A stretch of DNA of 64,000 nucleotides, from assembly GCA_030647655.1 (NCBI GenBank), contig JAUSJH010000003.1:11013-75012 (forward strand). The letters run 5' to 3'. The notes under the pieces are model-generated. The model was given only the letters and a program-made list of their open reading frames with translations, was not told the DNA's origin and did no database searches. The translations under genes and the position numbers were made by a program. Origin of the DNA: a bacterium. GTDB taxonomy: Bacteria; Patescibacteriota; Minisyncoccia; Phycocordibacterales; UBA2100. How positions within the stretch are numbered: position 1 is the stretch's first letter; the number at the start of each line of letters is the position of its first letter. Shown in pieces: positions 63,885-64,000 of this stretch.

Positions 63885-64000
63885 TATGACGTTGACACAT
63901 CAAAAGGTGTCGGCGGCAAGAGCGATGCTCATTCTTTCGTTTCTTGCGGCCAGCATCCTTTTCTTTGGAAACCAGCGTCTAGCTCATGCAGATGTACCAC
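63885..64000 (+). CDS. 5' end of a tandem paralogue of the 61157 surface protein (3'-partial at window edge).
   Basis: Start region ATGACGTTGACA... encodes MTLTHQKVSAARAMLILSFLAASILFFGNQRLAHA. This parallels MTLTLKKMSAVAAIIAVSLLAASIVFLGNQRLAQA of the upstream gene. Confidence 0.5.

Overview
This 64 kb window is a gene-dense bacterial chromosomal segment containing about 70 protein-coding genes plus four tRNAs and an RNase P RNA.

Housekeeping genes I recognise with high confidence are typA/bipA, msrB, glmS, aroQ (type II 3-dehydroquinase), metK, maf, yvcK-like, nth, RNase J, secG, groES-groEL, lemA-htpX, murJ, lepA, hisS and a P1B-type ATPase.

Many small membrane or hypothetical proteins sit between cell-envelope enzymes. 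These include a GH18 family protein, a CE4 deacetylase, a SanA/DUF218 protein, a serine beta-lactamase-fold protein, an O-antigen-ligase/TPR protein, DsbA-like and BdbA/BdbC-like oxidative-folding pairs, and a family-5 substrate-binding protein.

RNA genes not visible in the ORF track:
- RNase P RNA (rnpB) on the minus strand, about 44772-45130, with its own terminator.
- tRNA-Ser(GGA).
- tRNA-Gly(CCC).
- tRNA-Arg(CCU).
- tRNA-Phe(GAA) on the minus strand.
- A probable SAM-I riboswitch plus terminator in the metK leader.

Most unusual content:
- A minus-strand operon: Mur-ligase, then alpha/beta-hydrolase, then a fused DegT-type PLP aminotransferase::FemAB-family aminoacyl-transferase.
- A 1989-aa secreted giant protein between groEL and lemA-htpX, with a Cys-rich N-domain, a lytic-transglycosylase-like motif, a very long A/P/E/T-rich low-complexity region and an Ig-like C-terminus.
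- Tandem paralogous surface proteins at the window end, carrying thrombospondin-type-3-like Cys/Asp-rich repeats, poly-Gly tracts, duplicated beta-sandwich repeats and a PG-binding domain.
- A bacterial SET-domain protein.
- A 75-nt intergenic element present twice with compensatory stem changes.
- A shared 30-nt upstream motif in front of neighbouring genes.
- Two DnaA-box-like 9-mers in a 555-bp non-coding gap.

Gene content (many tiny membrane ORFs, giant surface proteins, a sparse set of metabolic genes) would fit an uncultivated small-genome lineage such as Patescibacteria/CPR. That is inference only.

No CRISPR array, rRNA or clear transposase was seen.
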